Assembly (NCBI GenBank): GCA_963727455.1 | Contig: CAVSGG010000008.1 | Span: forward strand, 192,001 to 256,000 | Direction: 5' to 3' | Length of the DNA stretch: 64,000 bases | From: Candidatus Krumholzibacteriota bacterium | Lineage (GTDB): Bacteria > Krumholzibacteriota > Krumholzibacteriia > JAJRXK01 | Shown: positions 31,825 through 43,033 of the stretch, one piece after another | Layout of the letters: every line of letters starts with the position of its first letter | How positions within the stretch are numbered: the first letter of the stretch is position 1 | Translations under genes and position numbers: made by a program | The notes under the pieces: generated by a model | The model's database searches: none | What the model saw: only the letters and a program-made list of their open reading frames with translations | What the model was told of the DNA's origin: nothing

Positions 31825-32781
31825 CTAATGCAATGACTCAGAACGCAGCTCTGCGGGGCTTCTTGCCCCTCTGGACGCCAGAGCCGCCGCCAGTTCATGA
31901 AGAAGAGTATGTGCCAGATCCGGCCGTGGAAAGAGCGCGGTCCCCAGCTGGACTGCGCAGGCGCCGACCACGAAGAATTCCAGGATATCCTCGATACTCG
32001 CGATCCCTCCCACTCCCACGACCGGGATATTCTGGGATCTCGTGACCTGCCAGACCTTCGCCAACGCAATTGGCTTGATACCCGCGCCGCTGTAGCCGGC
32101 GATGCCACGCGCGAATACTGGGGCGCGAAGGTCGAGATCGACCTTGCACCCGACTACGGTATTGATACAGGTGACGGCATGAGCCCCGCCCTCGGCGGCC
32201 GCGCGGGCAAGGAGTTCGATGGGCGCATCGTTGGGAGTGAGCTTTGCCCACAGGCACTTGTCCGAAGGCAACTCGGTCCGGGTGAGTTCGGTGATCCGCC
32301 TGATGGCGACTGGATCGATACCGAAATCGAGCCCACCTTCGGAGACGTTGGGACAGGAGAGATTCAGTTCGACCCCGCTGTAGCCCTCGTGCCGCGCCAG
32401 CTCCTGGGTCATGGTTGCGAATTCGTTTTCGTTGCGTCCCGCGAGGGAAACGATCACCCGCACTTTCGCTTCCCGCAAACGTGGCAATTTCTCCTCGAGG
32501 AAGGAGCCGAGTCCCACGTTTTCCAGACCGATGGAGTTGAGCAATCCGGTGGGCACTTCGCGAAGACGGGGCTGGGGATTTCCCAGTCGTGCTTCGACGG
32601 TGAGCGTCTTGGTAACCACGCCGCCCAAGAGCATCGGATCCACCAGATCCAGGTAATCCAGTCCGTAGCCCCAGGTGCCCGATGCAGTGAATACGGGATT
32701 GGGAAAACGGACCGGGCCGATTTGCACGCTGAGATCGACTTCGCCGGGTTGGACGGGGGGATGTGGCGCTGCTTCAGCCAT
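31825..32781 (-). CDS. pyrD: Dihydroorotate dehydrogenase family 1B catalytic subunit
   Basis: NPVFTASGT, NSIGLEN, ELNLSCPN and KLTPN motifs. Confidence 0.93.
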   Translation of the reverse strand: MAEAAPHPPVQPGEVDLSVQIGPVRFPNPVFTASGTWGYGLDYLDLVDPMLLGGVVTKTLTVEARLGNPQPRLREVPTGLLNSIGLENVGLGSFLEEKLPRLREAKVRVIVSLAGRNENEFATMTQELARHEGYSGVELNLSCPNVSEGGLDFGIDPVAIRRITELTRTELPSDKCLWAKLTPNDAPIELLARAAAEGGAHAVTCINTVVGCKVDLDLRAPVFARGIAGYSGAGIKPIALAKVWQVTRSQNIPVVGVGGIASIEDILEFFVVGACAVQLGTALFPRPDLAHTLLHELAAALASRGARSPAELRSESLH

Positions 32782-33541
32782 ACTGGATCTCATTCAGCGG
32801 GAACACGGGCCCTTCCTTACAGACCGGTCTCATGCGGGAACCATCTGCGGCGGGAATGACACAGGAACGGCACACTCCGGCACCGCATGCCATCTGCTCT
32901 TCCAAGCAAACCCAGGTCTCAGTGTCCCGTTCCGCAGCGATTCGCGCCACCTCTTTCATCATTGTGGTGGGGCCGCAGCAGGCGACGGTGGCCGCAGGAA
33001 AACGCTGCAGCGCCTCTTCCAGGCCACGAGTAACCAATCCCTCTCGCATCTGGCTCTGCGGATCTTCTTCGACCCAGAGCTCCCAACCGTCAAGAAGTTC
33101 CTGTGGCAGATCGTGCGCGCGGCGAGCACCCATGATTGGGATCAATCGCGTGCCGAGTTTCGCGAACTCGAGTTGGAGGCAGCGCAGCGGCACGATCCCC
33201 ACTCCGCCAGCAACTAGGATGAGAGCCTCCCTCGATGAAAGCTCCGAGGGGAAGGCGCGGCCCAGAGGGCCGAAGATCTCCATGACGGATCCGGGAGCTT
33301 TGTGCGCCATGGCGCTGCTGCCCTTGCCCAACTCCTTCACCAGGATCTGGAGCACGCCGTCATCCAAGGCCAATATCGAGAACGGGCGCGGTAACAAGCA
33401 GCCCTCGACCCGTGGCTGCACCATGACGAACTGACCCGCTCGAAAGGAAGCCCTCGAATCATAGGCCAGCTCTAGGATCCAGGTCTTAGAAGCAACTTCT
33501 CGGCTGCGGAGCAGACTGGCGGCGGAGAGAATCCGCTTCAT
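32774..33541 (-). CDS. pyrK: Dihydroorotate dehydrogenase electron transfer subunit
   Basis: RPFSI, GGVGIVP and EEQMACGAGVCRSC...VCKEGPVF motifs. Confidence 0.92.
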   Translation of the reverse strand: MKRILSAASLLRSREVASKTWILELAYDSRASFRAGQFVMVQPRVEGCLLPRPFSILALDDGVLQILVKELGKGSSAMAHKAPGSVMEIFGPLGRAFPSELSSREALILVAGGVGIVPLRCLQLEFAKLGTRLIPIMGARRAHDLPQELLDGWELWVEEDPQSQMREGLVTRGLEEALQRFPAATVACCGPTTMMKEVARIAAERDTETWVCLEEQMACGAGVCRSCVIPAADGSRMRPVCKEGPVFPLNEIQYG

Positions 33542-35156
33542 CGTTGAGTCCGTTCGCGTGGGGTGGTGGCTCCCGGGCCTCCTCTGCGCAGGGCCCGCAA
33601 GGGATTCAGTGCGGGCCGGTTTGCGATCTCCTCCTTGGAGAATTCGGTGGAAGCACCACTCGATCCGCCACGGCGCAAACCTCGGTTGCGCGCCAAGCCT
33701 GGAGTCGAAGTGAAGGTACGTGGTTTCGCCTTCAAGAACACTTCTCCGTTGCGTCCACGCGCTTGGAGACTATCCGGGTATTTCTCTTCCAGCAGCGCGT
33801 AGGCCTGCTGTGCAGCGTCCTCGTTCCCGAGAACTTCCTCCTCGATGTAGCCGATCGCGTATGCCGCGCGTGGAGCGGCTGGGGTAGTCGGGATAGTCGT
33901 CGAGCACCATCCGGTAGTACTCCAAGGCTCGCTCCGGCTTGCCCAAGTCGAGATACAGAAGTTGTCCCAGCGCGAAAGCCGGGCGCCAGGAAGTGCTGTC
34001 CGGTTTCTCCAGACTGGAAAGTAGTTCATCGTAATGCGCAATTTCGTTCTGCAAATTCTTCACCGGCTCGAGCGAAATCTCCTTTCAGACCCTGCTCCAC
34101 TGCGGCATCGAGCTGGTCGCGGATCACCTGTTCTCCCGGGCCCTTCGTCTTCAGAGCATGTTCCGCCACCAGATAATGCGACTGGGTTTCGAACTCGGTC
34201 TCGGGAAAATCCTCGTTCACTTGGTTGAGCGCGGTCATCGCATCATCTTCGTTTCCCAGCGCCAAGTCGATTTTTCCTTTCAGAAGAAGAACCTCGGCTT
34301 GCTTGTCAAAAAGGGCCGCATCCTCCTCCACCTTGGCCAGGACCTTCAGAGCGTTCTCATTCTGCCCGAGATCGTTCAGTGACTCGGCCAATAAGAGCTT
34401 GGCCTGCACCCACTGCTCCAGCTCGTCATTCTTCGAGTTCTTCCCGTACTCCTCGAGCAGGGCGACGGCCTCGTCGTCCTGCTTCTGTTGATGGTAGATG
34501 GTCGCGGCATCGAAGAGTACGCGTTTGCGTGCTTTGTCCTTCGGATAGTGATCGAGGTACTCCCGATAGTATTTCAGGGCCTGGCTCCAGTTTGCATCGG
34601 CGGCAAAAGTGTCGCCCAGCCGGTAGAGAGACTCCGCCGCGAACTTGCTCTTGGGATATCCCTCGCGCAGACGATGGAGAGTATCCAGAGCTACCCGTTC
34701 TTCACCGAGCTGCAAGTGAGCGATGCTCTTCAAGAAGAGGGCTTCCTCGGCAAACTTGCTTCGCGGAAAGTTGTTGAGAACGTTGTCGAAGTTCCGGATT
34801 GCTTTGCGGAATTCCCTGAGCTTGTACTGGCACTTGCCGATGAGGAACAGCGCGTCGTCCACGTACTTGCTGTTGGGATATAGATCGAGCATTTGCTCGC
34901 ACTTGGCAATGGCGGTCTGGTACTTGGCTCTCTGAGAGGAAGTAGGCTGTTTGTCGCGGGGAACGTCCTTCCCCAGCTTCTCGGCAGTGGAATACGCAAC
35001 CTTCGCGTTGTAGAAAGTATTGAAGTAGGCGCAGCCCGCCGATAGCTCCCACTGCGAGAGCGACGAGACAGACTCGACAAAGAGCAGGCGGATCCGACGG
35101 CTACGGCCCGCCTTCAAGTGGGACGAGATGTCCTGGATTTCACGCACACGGATCAC
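33538..35156 (-). CDS. TPR-repeat outer-membrane lipoprotein (frameshifts near 35040, 34050 and 33880)
   Basis: GC-AYFNTFYNA lipobox-like start, and repeated YP.SK..DDALF/AEEALF BamD/YbgF-type TPR units across three ORFs. Confidence 0.72.
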
Positions 35157-36487
35157 CCGTTCAGACGACGGTAGCTGAATCCCTCTCCCCGGTGGGTCGC
35201 GACCACCCGGCCGGTCAAGCTACGCCCGAGCCAGGGACAATTCTGCCCTTTGCTCCGCAGATCTTTCAGCCGCGGAGTCCAGGTCTCATCGAGGTCGATC
35301 AGGGTGAAGTCACTTCGACTGCCCGGGGCAAGAGTACCACCGGGCAGTCCCATGATACGCGCCCCGGCGGTGGACATCAACTCCACGAGTTTCGCGACGC
35401 TCAGAGGTCCGCGTCGCACCAGTCGGTCATGACACACCGCAAAGGAAGTCTCCAAGCCGATCACGCCGAAAGGCGCATCGGCGAAGGGCCGGTTCTTCTC
35501 GGCCGGCGTATGGGGCGCGTGGTCGGTGGCGATGCAATCGATCGTCCCGTCCTCGAGCGCCTTCACCAGAGCTTCCTGGTCGCCGAGGGTGCGCAGAGGT
35601 GGGTTCATCTTGAAGCGAGGATCATACTCGGCGCAGTCCGCGTCGGAGAGATCCAGGAAGTGGGGGGCGGTCTCCGCGGTGACCTTGATTCCCTCTTCCT
35701 TGGCACGACGAATGAGCGTCACCGCCCTCTCACTGCTGACGTGAGCCACATGGAGATGGGCGCCCGTGAGTCGGGACAACTCCAGATCGCGTGCGATGCA
35801 AGCGGCCTCGGCCGCGTAGGGAATGCCTCTGAGTCCAAGCCGAGTGCTCCAGGAGCCCTCGTGCATCACTCCGTGGGCCGAAAGGCTCAGATCCTCGGCG
35901 TGCGTGATGATGGGAACCTTCAGGATGCGGCTGTATTCCATGGCGTGGCGCATCAGCCCACCATCTTCCACCGGGCGACCATCATCGGTGAATCCCACTG
36001 CGCCCGCATCGACGAGATCGCCGTACTCGACCATGCTCTGACTCAGAAGTCCCGCGCTGATCGCACCGGTAGGATGTACCGTGCAGAGATCGGCTTGCTC
36101 GGCCCTTCGGAGAATGAAGGAAACCGCTCCGGCCGTATCCACCGGGGGCAGGGTGTTGGGCATCGTCACCACGTCCGTGAAACCGCCGCAGGCTGCTGCG
36201 CCGCTTCCGGTGGCGATGCTCTCTTTGTCCTCTTGACCCGGCTCGCGGAAATGGACATGCACGTCCCACAGACCGGGAGCGAGAAGGAGCCCCTCGGCAT
36301 CGATCCTCTCCGCGCCCTCGCTGACCAATTCATTCGGGACCAGCCCGCCCTCGCACTGAAGAACTACTCCGCCCTCGCAGACCAGATATCCTGATCCGTC
36401 CAGGCCGCGCGAAGGATCCACGACTCTGGCGTTCTCGATGACGCGGCGCGGCGCGCGGGGCTCTGGTTTTCTTTCGTCTGCATGCAT
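35153..36487 (-). CDS. pyrC: Dihydroorotase
   Basis: DVHVHFREPG, MPNT, KMNPPLR and ATDHAPH motifs. Confidence 0.94.
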   Translation of the reverse strand: MHADERKPEPRAPRRVIENARVVDPSRGLDGSGYLVCEGGVVLQCEGGLVPNELVSEGAERIDAEGLLLAPGLWDVHVHFREPGQEDKESIATGSGAAACGGFTDVVTMPNTLPPVDTAGAVSFILRRAEQADLCTVHPTGAISAGLLSQSMVEYGDLVDAGAVGFTDDGRPVEDGGLMRHAMEYSRILKVPIITHAEDLSLSAHGVMHEGSWSTRLGLRGIPYAAEAACIARDLELSRLTGAHLHVAHVSSERAVTLIRRAKEEGIKVTAETAPHFLDLSDADCAEYDPRFKMNPPLRTLGDQEALVKALEDGTIDCIATDHAPHTPAEKNRPFADAPFGVIGLETSFAVCHDRLVRRGPLSVAKLVELMSTAGARIMGLPGGTLAPGSRSDFTLIDLDETWTPRLKDLRSKGQNCPWLGRSLTGRVVATHRGEGFSYRRLNG

Positions 36488-36510
36488 GCTCGAATCCTCG
36501 GGAGCGGAGA

Positions 36511-37464
36511 TCAGTTCAGGTTTTCGCCCAGGCTCTGCGGAGCGCCCCCGGAGAGCAGGTAGATGACGGCCATTCTCACGGCCACGCCGTTGGTGACCTG
36601 ATCGAGGATCACCTGGCGAGGGCCATCGGCGACAGTGGAGGTGATTTCGACTTCGCGGTTCATGGGACCGGGATGCAGTACGAAGCAAGACTCCTTGGTC
36701 AGAGCCAGGATCTCCTCGTCCACCCGGTAGCTTCTGGCGTATTCCCGATTGCTGGGGAAGGTTTGCACGAGTTGGCGTTCGAGTTGGATTCGCAGAACGT
36801 TGATGGCATCGGCCCCGCGAACCGCATGGCGAAGATCGTAGTCGACCTCACAACCGAGCTGGTCGGCCTCGACGGGAATCATCGGGGGTGGACCGCACAA
36901 AGTGACCTTGGCCCCCATTTTCATCAAGCCCCAGAGATTTGAACGAGCGACACGGCTGTGCAGGATGTCTCCCACCACCACCACTCGTTTCCCTTGCAGC
37001 GACCCCATTCGCTGACGCATCGTCAAGAGGTCCAAGAGGCCCTGGGTGGGATGCTCGTGGGTTCCGTCGCCGGCATTGATCACTCCCACTTTGATTCTGT
37101 CTGCGAGGTAGCGCGCGGCGCCGGATGCGGAATGACGCATGACCACCATGTCCGCGCGCATTGCGAGGATGTTGTCCACCGTGTCCTTGAGTGTCTCCCC
37201 CTTACTCAGAGAGGAAGTGGACGCGGAGAAGTTGATGACGTCCGCGCTGAGTCGCTTTTCGGCCAGCTCGAAGGAAATTCGCGTTCGAGTGCTGTTCTCG
37301 AAAAAGAGATTCACGATGGTCTTGTCGCGGAGGATGGGAACCTTGGGAATGGGGCGCCGCATCACTGCCAAAAAGGACTCCGAGGTGTCGAGAATGAGTT
37401 TGATTTCTGCGGCGGAAAGACTCTCGAGGTCGAGCAGGTCTTTGCTTCTGAGCATCTCAGTCAT
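36511..37464 (-). CDS. pyrB: Aspartate carbamoyltransferase catalytic subunit
   Basis: [20 protein letters not shown] and HPGP motifs. Confidence 0.96.
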   Translation of the reverse strand: MTEMLRSKDLLDLESLSAAEIKLILDTSESFLAVMRRPIPKVPILRDKTIVNLFFENSTRTRISFELAEKRLSADVINFSASTSSLSKGETLKDTVDNILAMRADMVVMRHSASGAARYLADRIKVGVINAGDGTHEHPTQGLLDLLTMRQRMGSLQGKRVVVVGDILHSRVARSNLWGLMKMGAKVTLCGPPPMIPVEADQLGCEVDYDLRHAVRGADAINVLRIQLERQLVQTFPSNREYARSYRVDEEILALTKESCFVLHPGPMNREVEITSTVADGPRQVILDQVTNGVAVRMAVIYLLSGGAPQSLGENLN

Positions 37465-38008
37465 CCATGATCTCTCCGACGACCACGCACTCGCGGCCGT
37501 CGATCTCTTTGACCATCACCTTGATGACTTCCTTGCGGGAAGTCGGCACGTTCTTGCCCACGAAATCGGGGCGTATGGGAAGTTCGCGGTGACCACGATC
37601 GACGAGCACGGCCAGCTCGATGCGCCGTGCCCGACCGAAGTCCATCAGCTCATCCAAGGCTGCGCGCACGGTTCGACCGGTGTAGAGTACGTCGTCGACG
37701 AGAATGACCGTCTTGTCATTGATGTCGAAGCCGATGTCGGTGTGGCCAACTCGCGGGACGGGACCCAGGGTACTGAGGTCGTCTCGATAGAAGGTGATGT
37801 CCAGCGTGCCCATCTCCGGCTCGACGCCCTCGTTCTTGGCGATGGCGCGTGCCATGGCTGCCGCGAGATTGACGCCCCGCCGTTGGATCCCCACTAGGAC
37901 CAGATTCTCGGTTCCCTTGTTCTTCTCGACGATTTCCAGCGCGATCCGGGTGAGCGCCCGGCGCATGCGCTGCGCGTCCATGATCGTGGCTTTCTCGTGA
38001 AAGCTCAT
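37457..38008 (-). CDS. pyrR: Pyrimidine operon attenuation protein/UPRTase
   Basis: [19 protein letters not shown] and DRGHRELPI motifs. Confidence 0.96.
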   Translation of the reverse strand: MSFHEKATIMDAQRMRRALTRIALEIVEKNKGTENLVLVGIQRRGVNLAAAMARAIAKNEGVEPEMGTLDITFYRDDLSTLGPVPRVGHTDIGFDINDKTVILVDDVLYTGRTVRAALDELMDFGRARRIELAVLVDRGHRELPIRPDFVGKNVPTSRKEVIKVMVKEIDGRECVVVGEIMDD

Positions 38009-38096
38009 CTCTCTCCCATCGTTGCGTTACTCTATTGCTCTTGGAGCTCATCCTCCGGAACAGTTGGCTGAGCGGGGAAATCGGACTTCCGGGCGC

Positions 38097-38124
38097 AAAA
38101 AAACCCCGCCGCCGCGCGGTGGGG
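38097..38124 (-). terminator. Attenuator terminator in the pyr leader
   Basis: Minus strand CCCCACCGCGCGGCGGCGGGG-TTTTTTT upstream of pyrR. Confidence 0.75.
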
Positions 38125-38157
38125 TGCACTCCAAGCTGACAGATCGACCATTTTCGC

Positions 38158-38195
38158 CATCCTTATGGACCTCACGGGATCCGCTTAAAGGACAG
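38158..38195 (-). ncRNA. PyrR-binding RNA element (anti-antiterminator)
   Basis: Minus strand UCCUUUAA-GC-GGAUCCCGUGAGGUCC-AU-AAGGA matches the CUUUAA / RUCCnGnGAGGY PyrR motifs. Confidence 0.8.
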
Positions 38196-38219
38196 AGTTT
38201 CGTTTGCGCCTCGAGGGGC

Positions 38220-38248
38220 ATCTTGCCGGCGCCTCCGGAAGCAGTCAA
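38220..38248 (-). promoter_or_regulatory. Sigma70 promoter of the pyr operon
   Basis: TTGACT-N17-CAAGAT immediately upstream of the PyrR element. Confidence 0.55.
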
Positions 38249-38271
38249 AGCATCCTAGTGCAAGCTGCGCC

Positions 38272-39022
38272 TCAAGGCAAGGTCTCGAGGTGAGTCTTGG
38301 CCTCCTTGGCCCAAGCGCTGCTCGAATCCAGGTGCAGATAGGCTTCCCAGGCCTTCCGCGCGGCTTCGCTATCGCCCATCCGTTCCAGCGCGAGGGCAAG
38401 CGTGAAACGGGCGCGCAAGAAATTCTCGTCCAGTCGCAGGGCTTCCCTCAGCTCCTCCGCCGCTTGCGGGTATGCCCCTTGGTGGAAATATGCCGACGCC
38501 AGGCCGTAGTGCGCGTCCTTGTCCCCCGGGCGGGCCAACACGACAGGTTGAAGTTCCTTTGCTGCCTCCGTCGGCCGACCGAGCTTCAAGAGCGCCAATC
38601 CCAGATTGTAGCGCGCATCCACGAACTCCGGGGCTCTCCGCAGGGCCTCTCGGAACGCCTTGACCGCGTTTTCGTAGTCCTGCGCTTCGTGATAGGCGAC
38701 ACCGGCATTGTAGGGCTCGCGTGCCGCGGCCAGATGCCGCACCTGGTCCAGCTCGTCATGACGTATGCGAATTTTGAGCTTCTGCCCTTCGCGAGGCGGC
38801 GTCGACAGATCGGCGCCATTGTCGGCGGCGATACGTGCCGCGTTGTCGCCCTCGCCGAAGAAAGTCCTCGGAGATGGAGCGCCAGGTTTGCGAAGGGAGC
38901 ACCGTATATTCCATCCAGGTGTCGCCACTGACATCTTCGTAATCTGTGGCGGGACCTTGGCCACAGGAGGCGACGAAGAAGGCAAGCACCGGTATCAGAG
39001 CGAGCAGCAGCTTCCTCTTCAC
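38272..39022 (-). CDS. LysM plus TPR lipoprotein (frameshift near 38865)
   Basis: MKRKLLLALIPVLAFFVASC lipobox, YTV...TWRSIS...IAADN...GQKLKI LysM-like segment, then TPRs (ARYNLGLAL, AHYGLASAY). Confidence 0.7.
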
Positions 39023-40012
39023 GCCACCCTCTCCTCTCCGAAAGAGTCCCGGTATTCCAAGAGCAGAGCCACTACTTTGTCGCGCTCTTCCTCCTGATAC
39101 ACACGCTTTCGCAAGGAACTCACTCCCGGGTGACCTTTCAGGTAGTGCGAGAAGTGCTTGCGCATACGCATCATCCCGGTGTGGGCCCCCTTGAGCTCGA
39201 TTTCCGCATCGAGGTGCTCGATCATCGTGTCGATGATTCGCGCTACCTTGGGAGGCGACCACTCCGAACCTTCCTCCTGCGCGTTGATTTCCTCGAAGAC
39301 GAAGGGATTGCCGATGGCGCCACGCGCGATCATCACGGCCTCGCAACCGGTCTCGCGCTTCATACGGAAGTAGTCCTCACCACAAACGACGTCCCCGTTG
39401 CCGATGATGGGCACGCTCGCGATTTCCACCATTTCCGCGATGGGCTTCCAATCGGCTTCTCCGGTAAAGAGCTGGTCGCGGGTACGTCCATGCACGGTGA
39501 TCGCACAGGCGCCCGCCTCCTCGAGCATCCTGGTAACCTCCAGGTAGTTGAGTTGATCGCGACTCCATCCGATACGAATCTTGGCCGTCACCGGAAGAGA
39601 GACGGCGCTCACGACCTCAGATACGATCCGCCGCATGAGCGGGACGTCACAGAGCAGACGCGGATCCTCCGTTGCGCTTCACCACTTTCTTTACCGGACA
39701 TCCGAAATTGAGGTCGATGATGTCGGGTCCCACCTTTTGTGCGGTGCTGGCCGCTTCGGCCAAAATCGCGGGTTCGCTGCCGAAGAGCTGGATGCCTACG
39801 GGATGCTCGTTCTCTCCCAGTTCCATCAGGTCGAAGCTCGCGGGGTTCCCGTGCAACACGCCGTTGGCGCTCACGAATTCGCAATAGGTTAGGTCCGCAC
39901 CATGGCGCGCACAGAGGGCACGAAAGACGCGATCGGTCACTCCAGCCATGGGCGAGAGCACGGCATGGGCCGACTCGAAAATCGCGCGTACCGTGCGGCG
40001 TTTGTCGTCCAT
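39019..40012 (-). CDS. dusB: tRNA-dihydrouridine synthase B (frameshift near 39650)
   Basis: PMAGVTD, IDLNFGCP, KIRIGW, VHGRT, IGNGD and MIARGA motifs. Confidence 0.9.
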
Positions 40013-40068
40013 GCTCGGACCCGTCTTCGGTGTCGATGCGAGTTGATTTGCCACGATCTTCCTAAATC

Positions 40069-40476
40069 TCAGATGTAGAGCACATGGCTCGCCCGGGACA
40101 TGAGAGAGGTCACGGTTGGCCACCCCACGATTTCATCCACCATCCGCGCCACCTCGGATTGCTCGAGTCCTTCGAGCTTCACCGAGGCGCTGCAGGCCAG
40201 GACCCTCGTCCTGTCGCTCTTTCGCGCCTGCGCCAAGAGCTCACTGGGAGGAGTGGTCCCCGCTTCGAAGGCGCGCTCTTGGAGCCCCGAATCCTCGGCT
40301 TCTTTCCCGGGCGGCGGGAACTCGTCAAGCCGGTGCTCGACCAGCTTCGAGAGCGCCTGGAAGTAGAACACCAGCACCACCTCTTGCCCGACGGCGCTCG
40401 CGGAAGCTGCCGCAGCGAAGGCCTGGTAGAGACGGTCCCAGCGACCCGAATGGCACAAGAGTAGGAGAAGGGGCAT
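40069..40476 (-). CDS. DsrE/DsrF-like family protein
   Basis: AASASAVGQEVVLVF, VLACSAS and VDEIVG...SHVLYI pattern; about 135 aa. Confidence 0.65.
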   Translation of the reverse strand: MPLLLLLCHSGRWDRLYQAFAAAASASAVGQEVVLVFYFQALSKLVEHRLDEFPPPGKEAEDSGLQERAFEAGTTPPSELLAQARKSDRTRVLACSASVKLEGLEQSEVARMVDEIVGWPTVTSLMSRASHVLYI

Positions 40477-40495
40477 CGAATCGCACATGACAGGC

Positions 40496-42211
40496 CTACA
40501 TCTTGGAGAAGTGCGGGCCGCCCCCTCCTTCCGGCGTGACCCAGTCGATGATCTGGTAGGGATCCATGATATCGCAGGTCTTGCAGTGCACGCAGTTCGC
40601 CGGATTGATGTTGAAATCGTAACGGTGGCCCTTCTCGTCCGGCTCGGCCCGGGCGATCCACTCGTACACTCCCGCCGGACAAAAATGCTGACAGGGGTTC
40701 CCATATTCCCAGGTGCAGCGTCCGTAGCAGAGATCGAGATCACGGACCTTCAAATGGCAGGGTTGATTCTCCTCGTGTCCCGTATCCGAATGGTAGACAC
40801 AGGTGAGCTTGTCGAAGGTCAATTCGCCGTCGTAGTCGGGCTGCTCCGGGGTAGCTCCCTCGGTGTCGGCGGTGTCGGCGTAGGGTCGACCGTAGTACTC
40901 CGAGACGGTTCGCATGTGCTCGTGTCCAGCCGGTGCCGGCCAGGGATCGTGGAGGCCGCGCCCTCCACTGATCATCTGCAGCCCGGCGTGAAAGAGCCCC
41001 GACCAGAGGCCACCTTGAAAGGCCTGGTGGAAGTTACGCGTCTTGTAAAGCTCGTCGTGCGCCCAACTCGCTTCGAAACGCTTCTTGTATCCCGCGAGCA
41101 CTTCCTGACTGCTGTCCTTGCGCACCAGGGCCTCGAGTGCGGTCTCCGCCGCGAGCATTCCGCTCTTCATGGCGAGATGAATGCCCTTCAGCCGCATCCC
41201 GTTGAGGAAGGAGGCGGAGTCGCCCACTACCATCACGCCGTCGTGATAGAGCCGGGGCATGGTGTAATAGCCTCCCTCTGGAAGTGTGGCCGCACCGTAT
41301 TTCAACAATTTGCCGCCCTGAAGAATACGGCGGAAGGTGGGATGCCCCTTGAGTTTCTGCAGACGCGCGTGCGCATCGAGGAAGGGATCCAGATAATCCA
41401 GACCGATCACCAGACCCAGACTGAGCTGGGTCTCGCTGATCGCGTAGAGAAACGAACCGCCGTACTCCTCGTGTTTGAGAGGATAACCCAGGGTGTGAAC
41501 GACCTCTCCCTTACTCATGCGGCCGGCCGGAACTTCCCACAGTTCCTTCACTCCGATGCCGTAGACCATGGGATGCGTGGCCGAGTGCATCTGTTTGTCG
41601 GCAAAGAGCTGCTTGCAGAGGCTGCCGCGACTGCCCTCCCCCAGTACCGTCACCTTGGCCAGTAGGTCCACCCCCGGCTCGTAGTTGCCCTTGTGGTTCC
41701 CTTCGCGATCGACTCCCTTGTCCCCGGTTCGTACTCCGACGACTTCGCCCTTTTCTCCGTAGAGCATCTCACTGCCGGGAAAACCGCAGAAGATCTGTAC
41801 GCCCAACTCCCCGACCTTCTCCGCCAACCATTTCGTCACATCCGAGAGACTGACCACGAAGTTTCCGTGGTTGTCCATGGGTTTGGGAACGATGGGGGCC
41901 TTGAGAGCATGGCCCTGCGTGAGAAACAGCAGCCTTTCCTGCACCACCTTCGTCTGGAAGGGAGCTGCCTGTTCGAAATCTGGCAGCACTTCACGCAGGG
42001 CTCTCGGGTCCAGGACGGCCCCACTCAGGATGTGGTCTCCAACCTCGCTTGATTTCTCGATGATGGCGATCACGGGCTCGAGCTTGCTCTCGGCCGTTTC
42101 GTTGTGCGCAGCCACGAGCTTGGCGAGATGGTAGGCAGCGACGAGGTTTGCGGGGCCGGCTCCCACGAAGAGGACGTCGACCGGTAGGCTCTCGTGTTGA
42201 TTCTCGCTCAT
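40496..42211 (-). CDS. Electron transfer flavoprotein:quinone oxidoreductase
   Basis: VGAGPA, HILSGA, KGIHLAMKSG, and a C-terminal 4Fe-4S site (FCPAGVYE, NCVHCKTCDI). Confidence 0.93.
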   Translation of the reverse strand: MSENQHESLPVDVLFVGAGPANLVAAYHLAKLVAAHNETAESKLEPVIAIIEKSSEVGDHILSGAVLDPRALREVLPDFEQAAPFQTKVVQERLLFLTQGHALKAPIVPKPMDNHGNFVVSLSDVTKWLAEKVGELGVQIFCGFPGSEMLYGEKGEVVGVRTGDKGVDREGNHKGNYEPGVDLLAKVTVLGEGSRGSLCKQLFADKQMHSATHPMVYGIGVKELWEVPAGRMSKGEVVHTLGYPLKHEEYGGSFLYAISETQLSLGLVIGLDYLDPFLDAHARLQKLKGHPTFRRILQGGKLLKYGAATLPEGGYYTMPRLYHDGVMVVGDSASFLNGMRLKGIHLAMKSGMLAAETALEALVRKDSSQEVLAGYKKRFEASWAHDELYKTRNFHQAFQGGLWSGLFHAGLQMISGGRGLHDPWPAPAGHEHMRTVSEYYGRPYADTADTEGATPEQPDYDGELTFDKLTCVYHSDTGHEENQPCHLKVRDLDLCYGRCTWEYGNPCQHFCPAGVYEWIARAEPDEKGHRYDFNINPANCVHCKTCDIMDPYQIIDWVTPEGGGGPHFSKM

Positions 42212-42312
42212 GTACGGTCTCCAGCCGAATGGAGGGTGAGATCGAGACTCGGCGATAGCGTTCGAATTTCAGTCTAGAGCCACACCCCCTTGCGGGCAAA
42301 GGGCGGAATTCT

Positions 42313-43033
42313 TCAGAGCTTCGGCCCCTCCTCCTTCAGATCAAAGAGCAGGAACTCCCCACCGCCCTGCTTGCCCTCGATGAGCAATCGATCCTCGCGT
42401 TCAATGGCGAGACCGTCGCCTTCTTCGAGCTCCATCCCGTTGACCGCAAGATGGCCGCGTGCGAGCTGCAGCCAGGCCACGCGCTTCTCGGCCAGGAGGT
42501 GTTCAACGCTCTCCCCACTCCCCAGGATGCACGCGAAGACCTCGGCGTTTTGATGGATTTTCAAAGCACCCTCGCGTTCGTCGCGGCTCGCCAGAAGACA
42601 GAGCCGGCCGCGCTTTCGCTCTTCGGGGAACTTGCGATCCTCGTAGCCGGGCTGAAGGCCTCTCTCCTCGGGGTGGATCCAGATCTGCAGGAGTCGCAGG
42701 GGTTCGTCCTTGGAGGCGTTGAACTCGCTGTGTCGAATTCCACTCCCTGCGCTCATACGCTGCACGTCGTCGCGGCGCAGGATACCGCCGTGTCCCTGAC
42801 TATCCTTGTGCTCGAGCGCCCCATCCAGCACGTAGGTGACGATCTCCATGTCGCGGTGCCCGTGGGTGGGGAAGCCGGTGGCAGGCTCGATGATGTCGTC
42901 GTTGATCACCCGCAGCGCGTGAAATCCCATCTGATGGGGATCGAAGTATTCGGCGAAGGAGAAGCTGAATCGCGAATGAAGCCATCCGTGGTTGGCGTGA
43001 CCGCGCTCTCTCGGCTGCGCGCTTTTTCAGCAT
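42313..43033 (-). CDS. Pirin family protein (YhhW-like; frameshift near 43010)
   Basis: RGHANHGWL, LRVINDD, HGHRDMEI and MSAGSGIRHSE motifs. Confidence 0.9.
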
